Positions 30,244-40,358 of a stretch of 64,000 bases of DNA are shown one piece after another. Position 1 is the stretch's first letter; each line of letters begins with the position of its first letter. The position numbers were made by a program, and so were the translations under genes. The stretch is from Planctomycetota bacterium (GTDB lineage: Bacteria > Planctomycetota > UBA1135 > UBA2386): NCBI GenBank assembly GCA_039029375.1, contig JBCCGH010000004.1, positions 69,561 to 133,560 of the forward strand. Reading direction: 5' to 3'. The notes beneath the pieces are model-generated. The model ran no database searches. It was not told the origin of the DNA and saw only the letters and a program-made list of their open reading frames with translations.

Positions 30244-31578
30244 TCAGAGCTGCGAGGGCGCGAACGTCATGCCAGCTGTGTGCCGCCGCGCGGCGAGCAG
30301 GAGCCCATTGACCACGCCCGGGAACTGGCCGGCGAGGTTGTTCTCTTCGCCGGGGTCGGTCGTCAGGTCGTAGAGCAGCAGCGGCTCGCGGGCCACGGGC
30401 TCCTTGCTGGGCGGCGGCGGGACCAGGAAGTGCAGCTTCCACGGGCCCTGGCGGAACGCGACCAGATGGGTGCCGTGGTAGTACGGCATCGAGGTGCGGC
30501 CGCCTGGCCCCCGGCCGAACAGCACGGGGCGCAGATCGACGCCGTCCAACACGGGCCCACTGGCGGCGACGCCATCGAGGGGGTCGAGCCCCCCGGCCAG
30601 GTTCGCGAAGGTCGGAAACCAATCCAGATGGCTCACGATGTCCTGCGACACCGTGCCGGCGGGAATACGGCCCGGCCACCAAGCGACGCACGGCACCCGG
30701 AAGCCGCCCTCGAACGGCGAAGCCTTGAAGCCGCGCAGGCGACCAGCGAAGCCGCCGACAAACGGGTTCGGGCCGTTGTCGCTGGTGAACACGACCAGGG
30801 TTCGACGCGTGAGTCCCAGCTCCCGCAGCGCTGCCAACACCCGCCCGAGGCTGTTGTCGAGCTCCTCCACGACATCGCCGTACAGGCCGCCGGCGCTGCT
30901 GCCGAGAAACGCGGACGATGCCGCGAGCGGGTCGTGCGGGAAGGTGTGCGCCAGATACATGAAGAACGGCTGCGCGGCGTGGGCGGCGATGAACGACCGC
31001 GCCTCCTGCGTGTAGAGACCCGTCAGCTCCGCCATCGGCGCCGGCTCCTGCAGCACGGTCTCGTTGCGCATCAGCGGGAACGGCACCATGTCGTTGCTGT
31101 AGGGCACGCCGAAGAACTCGTCGAAGCCGTGCGCGTTCGGCATCTGGTCCCGGGTGGTGTGGCCGAGATGCCACTTGCCGATGCACGCCGTGGCGTAGCC
31201 CTTGTTGCGCAGAACCTCGGCGATCGTGACCTCGGACTGGGGCAGCCCGCCGGTGGACGGTGGAAACAACACCCGGAGGAAGTCACCCGCCATGCCGCTG
31301 CGCGCCGCCAGCCGACCGGTCAGCAAGCCGGCGCGACTCGGCGTGCACACCGAAGCCGGGGCGTAGCAGTCGGTGAAGCGCAGGCCTTCCGCGATCATCT
31401 GATCGAGGAACGGCGTGCGGATGGGGGTGCCCGGGAAGTAGCTGGGCACGTCCCCGTAGCCGAGATCGTCGGTGTAGATGAAGATGATGTTCGGCGGGGT
31501 GTCGCCCACTCCGCCGGGCTTCTCACCGGCCGCCATGGGCACCAAAGCGGCCGCCAAACCTACGAGGACGGAATGCAT
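30244..31578 (-). CDS. Arylsulfatase (formylglycine-dependent, sulfatase family S1)
   Basis: NIIFIYTDDLGYGD, CTPSRAGLLTGR (C-x-P-x-R FGly motif), GKWHLG. Signal peptide MHSVLVGLAAALVPMAAG. The track ORF start at 31707 is too early. Confidence 0.9.
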   Translation of the reverse strand: MHSVLVGLAAALVPMAAGEKPGGVGDTPPNIIFIYTDDLGYGDVPSYFPGTPIRTPFLDQMIAEGLRFTDCYAPASVCTPSRAGLLTGRLAARSGMAGDFLRVLFPPSTGGLPQSEVTIAEVLRNKGYATACIGKWHLGHTTRDQMPNAHGFDEFFGVPYSNDMVPFPLMRNETVLQEPAPMAELTGLYTQEARSFIAAHAAQPFFMYLAHTFPHDPLAASSAFLGSSAGGLYGDVVEELDNSLGRVLAALRELGLTRRTLVVFTSDNGPNPFVGGFAGRLRGFKASPFEGGFRVPCVAWWPGRIPAGTVSQDIVSHLDWFPTFANLAGGLDPLDGVAASGPVLDGVDLRPVLFGRGPGGRTSMPYYHGTHLVAFRQGPWKLHFLVPPPPSKEPVAREPLLLYDLTTDPGEENNLAGQFPGVVNGLLLAARRHTAGMTFAPSQL

Positions 31579-32907
31579 CACCGAACTCTTGTCATAACCC
31601 CCACCGACCGCGTCGAGAATCCTCGGCACCGGAGGAGCTCCGGGCGAAGGGCCCGTGTTGGGCTGGCCGGGCTGGCGCTCGCGCTGGGGACCGCATTGCC
31701 GGCGCAAGCGGAGGATTGGACGTACTACCGGGCTTGGTTGACGTCGCCCGGCGGCGAGCTGCCGTTTGGCCTTGCCCTGCCGGCCGCCGGCGCCGAGGAG
31801 CGCACCGCGCTGGTTCGCAACGGCCCCGAACTACGCGAAGTCCCGGTGCGGTGGGACGGAGAGCAACTCCACGTGCAGCTGCCCCCGTACGATTCATGGA
31901 TCGAGGCAAAGGCGGCCCCGGACGGGAGGCTGGCGGGCCAGTGGACGAAGCGTCGCGGGACGACCAGTCGCACCGAAATGGCGTTCCACGCCACGCCAGG
32001 CGCCGCGCCGCGGTTCGGCCTAGACCGGCCGGAAGCGGCAGCAGCGGCCCGTTTTGTTGGCCGCTGGCGCGTCCAGTTCGAGGGCGACAAGCACCCGTCG
32101 GTGGCGCTGATCGACGCCTCGTGGGAGGACGGCACCGCCACGGGGACCTTCCTCACGACGCTGGGCGACTACCGATTCCTCGCCGGTGAGGTCGGCGAGC
32201 GCTCGCTACGGCTGTCCTGCTTCGACGGCGCCCACGCCTTCCTGTTTGCCGCCGAGCTACAACCAGACGGCAGCCTCCGGGGCGACTTCTGGTCCAGCAA
32301 CACCTGGCACGAGACGTGGACCGCGCACCGCGACGACCAAGCGTCCCTGCCCGACGCGTTCGAACTGACCACGGCGCAAGAGTTCCGCTGGGGCGAACGG
32401 CCCCTCAGCTACCCCGATCCCGACGGTCAGCTCGTGGACCTCGCCGAGTTGCGCGGCCCGGCCACGTTGATCTACTGCTTTGGTACCTGGTGCCCGAACT
32501 GCAGTGACGCCGGCGCGTTCTTGGGCAAGCTCTTGGAGCGGCACCGCGATGCCGGCCTGCGCGTGATCGGGTTGGCGTTTGAGCACGACGACGAGCCTGC
32601 GGCGCGCGCCGAGCGCGTCCGCGCGTACCGTGACGCCCACGGCTTGCAGTTCCCCGTTCTCTTGGTCGGATCCGCGGACAAGAGCGAGGCGAGCCGCGCG
32701 TTCCCGCTCGTGGACCGCGTCCGCGCGTTTCCCACAACGCTGTTTCTCGACGCCGCCGGCGCGATCCGCGCGGTGCATACGGGCTTCAGCGGACCCGCAA
32801 CCGGCGCGGCACACGACGAGCTGGCGGCGCGCTTCGAAGCGGTGGTCAAGTCCCTTTTGGACGAAGCGCCACAGCGGAAATCGCAAAGCCGCGCGCGTCG
32901 ACCGTGA
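31573..32907 (+). CDS. TlpA-like thioredoxin-fold thiol:disulfide oxidoreductase with an N-terminal domain of about 230 aa of unknown function
   Basis: C-terminal ATLIYCFGTWCPNCSDAGAFL (CxxC) and FPVLLV...RAFPTTLFLD. Signal-like LAGLALALGTALPAQA. Only the C-terminal 444 codons of track ORF 30214..32907 are credible. The start codon is uncertain. Confidence 0.7.
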   Translation: MHHRTLVITPTDRVENPRHRRSSGRRARVGLAGLALALGTALPAQAEDWTYYRAWLTSPGGELPFGLALPAAGAEERTALVRNGPELREVPVRWDGEQLHVQLPPYDSWIEAKAAPDGRLAGQWTKRRGTTSRTEMAFHATPGAAPRFGLDRPEAAAAARFVGRWRVQFEGDKHPSVALIDASWEDGTATGTFLTTLGDYRFLAGEVGERSLRLSCFDGAHAFLFAAELQPDGSLRGDFWSSNTWHETWTAHRDDQASLPDAFELTTAQEFRWGERPLSYPDPDGQLVDLAELRGPATLIYCFGTWCPNCSDAGAFLGKLLERHRDAGLRVIGLAFEHDDEPAARAERVRAYRDAHGLQFPVLLVGSADKSEASRAFPLVDRVRAFPTTLFLDAAGAIRAVHTGFSGPATGAAHDELAARFEAVVKSLLDEAPQRKSQSRARRP

Positions 32908-33066
32908 CCGCAGGCGAAAAGACGCGCTTTTCGTCGTTCCTCGCGCGGCGCCTCGAATCTACGCTGCGTGGATAGAGAGCGAGCACCGGGAGGGTGTACT
33001 CCGCGGATCCGCCGCCCTATTGATGAGCGACCCTTCCAATCCGACCGGAGTCGGGCACCCCCGCCG

Positions 33067-35184
33067 ATGCAGACGAAGCTGAGCCAGTTCCGCGAGAACT
33101 TCGACTCCACGGTTTCGCCCCTGCTCAAGCCTCTCGCTGCCGCGGTCGAAGCGCTGACTCGACGCGAGGAGGACGGCGCCAGCCTGGCGCCGCGCGACGA
33201 ACTCGCCGAGCTGCACGGGCAGTTCGAGGCGCTCATCGCAAAGGTTCGCGCGCAAGAGGCTTACGTCCTGATCTTTGGGCCTTTGAAAAGCGGCAAGTCG
33301 ACCCTCATGAACGCCGTGGCCGGCGCCTACGTAAGCGAGGTGAGCAGCCTGCCGGCCTACCCTTGCCTCGTCTTCGTGTCGCATGGCGAGAAGCGCCAGT
33401 TCTCCACGACGACGTATGAAGGCAAGATCGAGACGTTCGCCGCGCCGGACGACCTGCGCGCCCGCATCGACACCGCCCACGACGAGCTCGCCGACCGCAT
33501 CCGCGCCGTCGAAGCCGAGGGTGAAGTATTCTCGCCCGAGCAGCATCTGCCGGTGGCGCTGAAGCGCGTCGACGTGCGGCTGCCTGCCGAGAAGCTAGCG
33601 CCAACGGGCGCGGTGCTCGTCGATACTCCTGGGCTCTACACGCGTATGCGGTTTGGCTACGACCGCATGACTCGCGATTTTCGCCACGCTGCGGCGTGCG
33701 CGATCTTCGTGGTCAAGACGGACAACCTGTTCCTCGAGCAGGTGTTCGCCGAGTTCCACCAGCTCCTCGAGCTGTTCAGCCGGATCTTCCTCGTCGTCAA
33801 CGTCGACACGACCAAGCGCGATGTCGGCCCCGACGGCGAGCTGGTGCCGAGTCTGGAGCAGCGCTCGCCCAAGGCCATCCTCGACGTGTTCGAAAAGCTG
33901 GCGATGACCGCCCCGCTGCGCCGCGCGGCCGACGAGGGGCGCCTCCGCCTGTATCCGGTGGATCTGCTGCATGCCGCCAGCTCGGCCCTGCGCCCCAAGG
34001 GCAAGCCCGGCGACGAGCCCGAGGGTTTCGCGCGGTTTCGCGACGACCTCCACAGCTACCTACACAGCACCGACTATCTGTTCGCGTTCCTGCGCGACAG
34101 CCTGCATCGGGCGCATCGCATGCTCGAGGAGACCGAGCGACTGGCCGACGGCGACGACGCGGCCCTGATGCGGCAGGCGGTCGAGGACGTGGAGAAGCGC
34201 CGCACCGCGGTCCAAGAGGAGCTCGATGGCATCGCCGAGTTCGCCGAGCGAGACTGGCGGCCAGCGTTCGCCAACATCAACACCGAGCTCACCGAGGTCG
34301 TGCAGCGCGTCGCCCGCGATAGCGGGACCCGCGTTGCCAACGCGATGGGCGCGGCGCTCGACCACTGGTTCTTGTCGAGCCACAGCCTGGACGCGCTGAT
34401 CAACAACGACTGGCAGCCACTGGTCAACGACCACGCCCGAGCGGTCTCGGACGCAGCCCGCCGCTGGGCCGAGCAGACGGTGACCCAGTCCGGCGGCGGC
34501 CTGGAAGTCGATGCAGAGACGCAGGACTTCCTGCACCAACTCGGCATCGACGTTCGACAGCTGCGGCAGCAGGCGCTCCAGGCCTTGGACGAGAACGATG
34601 ACCCGCCGCCCGCGGTGCCGATCGACCCCGGCGACATCCCCGTGCGCCGCGGCGTCGTCGACCTCATGGCGATGCGCTCCGAGGGCGCCATCCGCCACCG
34701 CGTCTTCGGCCCGGACGACCGACCCGAGCACAAGATCCCGGCGCGCCTCAAGAAGGCGCGCTTGGGCGAGCCGGCGAAGGCCTACCTGCGCGATCGCCTG
34801 CTGGCGTTCCGCAAAGAGCTGTTGCCGGGCATCGGCGTCGATGCCGTCCGGCGCTACCGCGACAAGCTCGCGCGCCACACCGTGAAGGCCATCCAACGCG
34901 CCCTGCGCTCGCGCGAGCCGGCGCTGCGCGATCTGCTCGAAGACCTCGCCACCGAGGCCAAGCGCCTCGCGTCGCTGCTCGAGCCGTTGGACAAGCTGCA
35001 GAAGGCCGCCCACGACGTCCGCACGAAGGTCCACGCTCTGGCCGTGCAGCACGCCAACACGGATCCCGAGTCGCTAATCCAGGAACCCCCCGGCCCCGTG
35101 CTGCAACCGCAAGCGCCGCCGGAAACCCGCGTCGAGACACCGCGGCGGCGGCGCCACCGCGCCGGACGACGCGCCGGCCAGTAA
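33067..35184 (+). CDS. Bacterial dynamin-like large GTPase
   Basis: G1 GPLKSGKSTLMNAV, G3 VLVDTPGL, G4-like TKRD. Long helical stalk region and a basic C-terminal tail. Start taken at MQTKLSQF. Confidence 0.7.
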   Translation: MQTKLSQFRENFDSTVSPLLKPLAAAVEALTRREEDGASLAPRDELAELHGQFEALIAKVRAQEAYVLIFGPLKSGKSTLMNAVAGAYVSEVSSLPAYPCLVFVSHGEKRQFSTTTYEGKIETFAAPDDLRARIDTAHDELADRIRAVEAEGEVFSPEQHLPVALKRVDVRLPAEKLAPTGAVLVDTPGLYTRMRFGYDRMTRDFRHAAACAIFVVKTDNLFLEQVFAEFHQLLELFSRIFLVVNVDTTKRDVGPDGELVPSLEQRSPKAILDVFEKLAMTAPLRRAADEGRLRLYPVDLLHAASSALRPKGKPGDEPEGFARFRDDLHSYLHSTDYLFAFLRDSLHRAHRMLEETERLADGDDAALMRQAVEDVEKRRTAVQEELDGIAEFAERDWRPAFANINTELTEVVQRVARDSGTRVANAMGAALDHWFLSSHSLDALINNDWQPLVNDHARAVSDAARRWAEQTVTQSGGGLEVDAETQDFLHQLGIDVRQLRQQALQALDENDDPPPAVPIDPGDIPVRRGVVDLMAMRSEGAIRHRVFGPDDRPEHKIPARLKKARLGEPAKAYLRDRLLAFRKELLPGIGVDAVRRYRDKLARHTVKAIQRALRSREPALRDLLEDLATEAKRLASLLEPLDKLQKAAHDVRTKVHALAVQHANTDPESLIQEPPGPVLQPQAPPETRVETPRRRRHRAGRRAGQ

Positions 35185-35206
35185 CCCGTCGACCGGTGGA
35201 GGCGGC

Positions 35207-35995
35207 GTGACGGCCCCGGCGTTTGCGTTCACGCCCGGCGACGCGCCGCTGCTGATCAGTGTCCCGCACGCCGGCACCGACGTGCCACCGGCGCTGGCCG
35301 CGCGCATGACGCAGCAAGGGCGGGCGCTGGCCGACACGGACTGGTGGGTCGATCGCCTCTACCGTGATCTCGCCCGCGAGCTGGGCGCCGGGCTGCTCGT
35401 GGCCGCGCAGTCGCGCTACGTCATCGACCTCAATCGACCGCCCGACGGCACCAACCTCTATCCCGGCCGGCCCACGCCAGAGCTCGTGCCGCGCGACACG
35501 TTTGCCGGCGAGCCCGTGTGGCAGACCGGCGAGGCGCCCACCGAGTCCGAAGTGCAGGAGCGGCTCGCGCAGCACTGGATGCCGTATCACGAGAAGCTCC
35601 AGGCGACGCTGACAGCGCTGAAGGCTCGCCACGGCTTCGCCCGCCTCTGGGACGCGCACTCGATCCGCGGCGAAGTGCCACGCCTCTTCGACGGCCGCCT
35701 ACCCGATCTCAGCCTGGGCACCGGCGGCGGATCGTCGTGCGCCACCGGACTGCGCGATCGACTCGGCGAGATCGCGGCCAACGCCAACGGCTACAGCGCC
35801 GTGTTGGACGGGCGCTTCCGCGGCGGCTACATCACTCGGCACTATGGCCAGCCCGCGACCGGCATCGACGCCGTACAGCTCGAGTTGGTGCAAGCGTGCT
35901 ACATGGACGAGGCGCCGCCGTGGACGTGGCAGGAAGAGCGCGCAGCGCGGCTGCGCCCCGTGCTGCGCGAGCTACTGGCCGCGATGGCCAGCTAG
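35207..35995 (+). CDS. hutG: N-formylglutamate amidohydrolase
   Basis: PLLISVPHAGT...DTDWWVDRLY...SRYVIDLNRP...LWDAHSIR...LFDGRLPDLSLGT...GRFRGGYITRHYG...AVQLEL, co-linear with Pseudomonas HutG. GTG start. Confidence 0.9.
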   Translation: MTAPAFAFTPGDAPLLISVPHAGTDVPPALAARMTQQGRALADTDWWVDRLYRDLARELGAGLLVAAQSRYVIDLNRPPDGTNLYPGRPTPELVPRDTFAGEPVWQTGEAPTESEVQERLAQHWMPYHEKLQATLTALKARHGFARLWDAHSIRGEVPRLFDGRLPDLSLGTGGGSSCATGLRDRLGEIAANANGYSAVLDGRFRGGYITRHYGQPATGIDAVQLELVQACYMDEAPPWTWQEERAARLRPVLRELLAAMAS

Positions 35996-36143
35996 TCGGG
36001 CGGGCCAGTCCAGCCCTGGCAGAAACGTGGTCCCGAACGACGTGGGTGGCGCACGGGGCCGCGGCTCGCGATTGGTCGCGAAGTAGACGGACTCCTTCAT
36101 CAAGTGCCAATGACGCGATGAGGCAACGAGCGGGCCGTCGAAA

Positions 36144-37382
36144 TCACGGGCCCGCGGGTGCTGCGCGCACCGCACGCACCAGCGGCCGAGCGCCGAGCCG
36201 GTAGGCGAGGTCCCGCGGATGATCGACGTCCCACAAGACCAAGTCGGCGCACTTGCCGACTTCGAGGGTCCCGTGGCTGGCGGCGCGGCCGAGCGCCGCG
36301 GCCCCGTGGCGCGTCACGCCGACCAATGCCTCTTCAGGCGTCATGCCAAACAGCGTGCAGGCGAGGTGCGCGGCGGTGAGTAACGACTCGACGGGCGAGG
36401 AACCCGGGTTGCAGTCGGTCGCGATGGCGATCGGCACGCCGTGACGCCGCAGAGCGTCCACTGGCGGCAGCTTGGTCTCACGTAGGACGTAGAACGCGCC
36501 CGGGAGCAACACCGCCACGGTGCCGCTGCGGGCCATCGCGATGACGCCTGCCTCGGTCGTGTGCTCGAGGTGGTCGGCCGATAGGGCGCCGTGCGCGGCG
36601 GCGAGCGCGGCGCCACCCAGGTCGGAGAACTGGTCGGCGTGGAGCTTGACCGGCAGGCCGAGAGCTCGAGCCTTCGAGAAGACGCGCCCCACCTGCTCAG
36701 GCGAGAAAGCGATGCCTTCGCAGTACGCATCGACGGCATCGGCGAGCCCGGCGGCGGCGACCGCTGGCAACACGTCGTCACAGACGAAGTCGACGTAGCC
36801 GTCGGCGCGGTCGCGCCATTCTGGCGCCACGGCGTGGGCCCCGAGATACGTCGTCGCCACCGTGACCGGCAGCTCCTCGCCCAGACGCCGCGCGACGCGC
36901 AGCAGCCGCAGCTCGGTGTCGCGGTCCAGGCCATAGCCGGACTTGATCTCGACCAGGGTCACGCCCTCGTCGAGCAGGGAGCGCAGGCGTTGGGTCGCGC
37001 GACGGAAGAGAGCGGCTTCGTCGGCGGCCCGAGTCTGTCGCACGGTCGACGCGATGCCGCCGCCGGCACGAGCGATCTCCTCGTAGCTCGCACCGCCCAG
37101 ACGCTGCTCGTACTCCTGCGCGCGGCTCCCGCCCCAAACCAGGTGAGTATGACAATCGACAAGGCCGGGCGTGATCCAGGCGCCGCCGGCGTCCTCGACG
37201 CGCGACGCCAGCGTGTCGGCCGGGCCGGGCAGGTCGCGACGCGCGCCGATCCAGGCAATGCGGCCGGCCGCCACGCCGATGGCACCGTCTTCGATCGCGC
37301 CGTAGGCGGCGCCGCCGCTGGCCCCGCTCGGGGCCATGGTCGCGAGGTGCGCGTTCACCCAGAGGTCATCCCACATGGCCAC
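36144..37382 (-). CDS. hutI: Imidazolonepropionase
   Basis: [19 protein letters not shown]...R..G.SYEEI...GGGI..TV..TR...[10 protein letters not shown]...KLHADQ...SADHLEH...AVLLPG...[10 protein letters not shown]. Confidence 0.95.
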   Translation of the reverse strand: MAMWDDLWVNAHLATMAPSGASGGAAYGAIEDGAIGVAAGRIAWIGARRDLPGPADTLASRVEDAGGAWITPGLVDCHTHLVWGGSRAQEYEQRLGGASYEEIARAGGGIASTVRQTRAADEAALFRRATQRLRSLLDEGVTLVEIKSGYGLDRDTELRLLRVARRLGEELPVTVATTYLGAHAVAPEWRDRADGYVDFVCDDVLPAVAAAGLADAVDAYCEGIAFSPEQVGRVFSKARALGLPVKLHADQFSDLGGAALAAAHGALSADHLEHTTEAGVIAMARSGTVAVLLPGAFYVLRETKLPPVDALRRHGVPIAIATDCNPGSSPVESLLTAAHLACTLFGMTPEEALVGVTRHGAAALGRAASHGTLEVGKCADLVLWDVDHPRDLAYRLGARPLVRAVRAAPAGP

Positions 37383-37408
37383 GGCAGCTTGTACCGTAGC
37401 CGCCGCCG

Positions 37409-38770
37409 ATGTCCTCTCTCTTTGCCGAACGGATCCTGCTCGACGCGGGTTGGGCCAACGACGTGCGCGTGGACATCGACGACGGCGTGATCACAGACAT
37501 CACCGTCGGCGCCCCCCCGGGCGACGCGCCGCGGGCTGCCGGTCCGGTCGTGCCCGGGATGCCCAATTTGCACGGCCACGCCTTTCAGCGCGCGATGGCC
37601 GGACTGGCGGAGCATCGCCGCAGCGACGATGACTCGTTCTGGACGTGGCGCGAGACCATGTACCGGTTGGTCGAGCGCCTTGAGCCCGAGGACATGGCGG
37701 CCATCGCGGCGCAACTGGACGTGGAGCTGCTCCGCGGCGGGTTCACCGCGACGGCGGAGTTCCACTACCTGCACCATCAGCGCGACGGCACGCCCTACGC
37801 CGACGCGACCACGACGTCCACTGCCGTGATCGAAGCCGCGCGGCGCGTCGGCATTCGCACGACCCACCTGCCGGTCGCGTACGAGCGCGGCGGCTTCGAC
37901 GGCGCTCCGCTCGGCGATGGTCAGCGGCGGTTCTGGGCGGACGCAGCCCTGATCGGGGAGCTCCACGAGGCACTCCGGCAGCGCTTCAGCGCCGAGCCCA
38001 CGGTGCGAATCGGCCTCGCCCTGCACTCGCTCCGTGCCGTGACCCCAGCGACGCTGCGCGTGGCGGCGGCCACGGTCACCGACGCTCCCATCCACATCCA
38101 CGCCGCCGAGCAGACGCTTGAAGTCGGGGACTGCGTCGCCGCCACGGGCCAGCGCCCGGTGGAGTGGCTGCTCGAGCACGGCGGCCTGGCCCCTCACTGG
38201 TGCGTCGTACACGCGACGCACCTCACCGAAGCCGAAGTGCACGGCCTGGCCGGCAGCGGCGCGGTGGCCGGCCTGTGCCCCACGACCGAAGCCAATCTCG
38301 GGGACGGGCTGTTTCCCCTCCTCGACTATCTCGAGGCCGACGGCCGCTACGGCGTCGGCACCGACAGCCATGTCGGGCGCCGTGCCGCCGCGGAGCTGCG
38401 ATGGCTCGAGTACGGCCAGCGCCTTCTGCACCGCCGGCGCAACCTGGTCGTGGCAACCGGCCGGGCGTCCGTCGGCGGCTCGCTGTGGGACGCGGCGGCG
38501 CGCGGTGGCGCGCAGGCGCTGGGCCAACCCATCGGCAGGCTCGCACTAGGGCGGCGCGCAGACCTCGTCGTGCTAGATGACGACCACGTGGCGCTGGCCG
38601 GCCTCGACGGGGACGGGCTGCTGGACGCGTGGCTGTTTGGCGGCGCGGACGATCTGGTGCGCGACGTGATGGTCGAGGGCCGCTGGGTGGTGCGCGATCG
38701 CCATCACGCGCAGGAAGACGTCATCGAGCGTGACTACCGCCGCGTCATCGCGGCGCTGAGGTCGGCGTAA
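37409..38770 (+). CDS. hutF: Formimidoylglutamate deiminase
   Basis: [21 protein letters not shown]...[10 protein letters not shown]...AEFHYLHH...HIHAAEQ..EV..C...VHATH...[13 protein letters not shown]...GTDSH. Confidence 0.9.
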   Translation: MSSLFAERILLDAGWANDVRVDIDDGVITDITVGAPPGDAPRAAGPVVPGMPNLHGHAFQRAMAGLAEHRRSDDDSFWTWRETMYRLVERLEPEDMAAIAAQLDVELLRGGFTATAEFHYLHHQRDGTPYADATTTSTAVIEAARRVGIRTTHLPVAYERGGFDGAPLGDGQRRFWADAALIGELHEALRQRFSAEPTVRIGLALHSLRAVTPATLRVAAATVTDAPIHIHAAEQTLEVGDCVAATGQRPVEWLLEHGGLAPHWCVVHATHLTEAEVHGLAGSGAVAGLCPTTEANLGDGLFPLLDYLEADGRYGVGTDSHVGRRAAAELRWLEYGQRLLHRRRNLVVATGRASVGGSLWDAAARGGAQALGQPIGRLALGRRADLVVLDDDHVALAGLDGDGLLDAWLFGGADDLVRDVMVEGRWVVRDRHHAQEDVIERDYRRVIAALRSA

Positions 38771-39727
38771 GTGCACGGCGCACCATCGGCCTCCGAGCCG
38801 CCCGAGGGCCCGATCAGTGGGCGGCGGCATCCCTTGCGGCGCGCACTCGCTGGGGTCATGGCCCGCGTCCACCGACTCATCGACCCCTCGCCGCCCGGCC
38901 GGTGGTGGCGCGCCCGACTGCACGCCGCGATCGAGTACTCGCACACCGAGATCCATCTCGAGCGCGGCCACGACGACCTGGACGGACTGTGCATCGCGTT
39001 CCTCTCCGATCTGCATGCCGGCCATTACCTCGGCCGGTCGGAGATCGAGCGCATTGCCGAGCGCATCGCCGAGAGCCAACCCGACCTGGTCCTGCTCGGC
39101 GGCGACCTGATCAACGTGCGCTTGCGCGAGCTGCGCCTGTGCGCCCCGCTATGGGAGTCGCTGTCGCCGCCACTCGGCGTTTTCGCGGTGCCGGGCAACC
39201 ACGACTACTTCCGCCCCGACCTCGTGGACCGTTGGCCAACCTGGTTGGAACGCAACGGCGTGCCGGTCCTGACCAACCGCGGCGTCCGCGTGCAGCGCGG
39301 CGACGCCAGCCTCTGGCTCTGCGGGGTCGATGACCTGACCGAAGGTGCGCCGTGTATCAATCGGGCTCTGGAGGGCCGCCGCGACGAGGAGCCCACGCTC
39401 TTGCTCTCCCACCACCCCGACCTGTTTCGCGTCGCCTCCGAGCGCGGAGTCGACCTACAGCTGTCCGGCCACACCCACGGGGGCCAGGTCCGGTTGTTCG
39501 GCTGGGCGCCGCTCAACCACTCGCGCTACGGCTGGCTACGCGGCCATCACCGCCGCCACGACGCGCAGCTCTATGTCGGCCGCGGCGTGGGCTGCACGCT
39601 GGTCCCAGTGCGGATCGGCGCGCCGCCAGAGGTACCGATCTTGCGACTGCGGCGCGACGCCGCGGCCGGTGCTGCCAACGCTACCGAGCCGTCGCCCGCG
39701 CCTTCCGATACGCCGCGGTCTTCTTGA
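38771..39727 (+). CDS. Calcineurin-like metallophosphoesterase (YaeI-like)
   Basis: FLSDLHAGH, LGGDLIN, VPGNHDY, SHHPD, LSGHTHGGQVR. The GTG start abuts the hutF stop, or an internal ATG is used. The 3' end overlaps the convergent gene by 47 nt. Confidence 0.8.
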   Translation: MHGAPSASEPPEGPISGRRHPLRRALAGVMARVHRLIDPSPPGRWWRARLHAAIEYSHTEIHLERGHDDLDGLCIAFLSDLHAGHYLGRSEIERIAERIAESQPDLVLLGGDLINVRLRELRLCAPLWESLSPPLGVFAVPGNHDYFRPDLVDRWPTWLERNGVPVLTNRGVRVQRGDASLWLCGVDDLTEGAPCINRALEGRRDEEPTLLLSHHPDLFRVASERGVDLQLSGHTHGGQVRLFGWAPLNHSRYGWLRGHHRRHDAQLYVGRGVGCTLVPVRIGAPPEVPILRLRRDAAAGAANATEPSPAPSDTPRSS

Positions 39728-40358
39728 TGTAGGCCTCGGCGTCCGGCGTCTTGCAGCTGGTCTCGCCGTGGTCCACGTCGACCTTGCCAATGCGGCGTGC
39801 CGAGGCGATCGCCTTGCGCTGCAAGGCCGCGCTGCACAGGCCAATCGAGATGACGGCCTGGTTCATCGCGTGTCGCGTGCGGTTTGGGCTCCGCTGGATC
39901 TTCGCCTCGATGGTCGCCAGGGCCTCCTCCACCTCCGCGACCGGCAGGTCCGCAGCGATCCCGCCAAACACGGCCCAGCCCGCCGCGCTACGCCACTCGT
40001 CGCGCGATTTCCGCCAGCGCCGCGCGCACGACGCCGCGGCCGGACTGGCGGCCGCCACGGTCGCCACGGCATCGCACAGCACGTGGTTGTCGACCTCCTT
40101 GCACCAGGCGTCGAGCACCCCCGCCTTCATCGCCGAAGGATCGGCGATCATGGCCGCGAGCACGCGCGCGTCGTGATTGCCCGACGCCCACAGCCCCTCC
40201 GCTAGCTCCTGGTCGAGCTTGATCTCCTTCTTCAGCTTGCCGAGGTGGGCGTAGCTCACGCCAAACATCGGCCCGCTCACCCCGTGCCGCGCATAGATCT
40301 TGCGGTTCTGCGCGGTGCCAAACCCCTTCAACTTCGACAGCGCCTGCGTGGTCTTCAT
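39681..40358 (-). CDS. DNA alkylation repair enzyme-like HEAT-repeat protein (AlkD/AlkC superfamily-like)
   Basis: LSKLKGFGTAQNRKIYARHGVSGPMFGVSYAHLGKLKKEIKLDQELAEGLWASGNHDARVLAAMIADP matches the pattern of that family. Only the last 225 codons of track ORF 39681..40826 are credible. Confidence 0.65.
   Translation of the reverse strand: MKTTQALSKLKGFGTAQNRKIYARHGVSGPMFGVSYAHLGKLKKEIKLDQELAEGLWASGNHDARVLAAMIADPSAMKAGVLDAWCKEVDNHVLCDAVATVAAASPAAASCARRWRKSRDEWRSAAGWAVFGGIAADLPVAEVEEALATIEAKIQRSPNRTRHAMNQAVISIGLCSAALQRKAIASARRIGKVDVDHGETSCKTPDAEAYIKKTAAYRKARATAR

Noticed and set aside
30214-31572. First 450 codons of the 897-aa plus-strand ORF 30214..32907
   Set aside because: This part is antisense to the sulfatase gene, which has the diagnostic CTPSR motif. 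Only the C-terminal TlpA-like part has coding-like sequence features.
35972-36175. 67-aa minus-strand ORF in the hutG/hutI convergent gap
   Set aside because: It overlaps both gene ends, has no RBS or motif, and its composition is not distinct from non-coding sequence.
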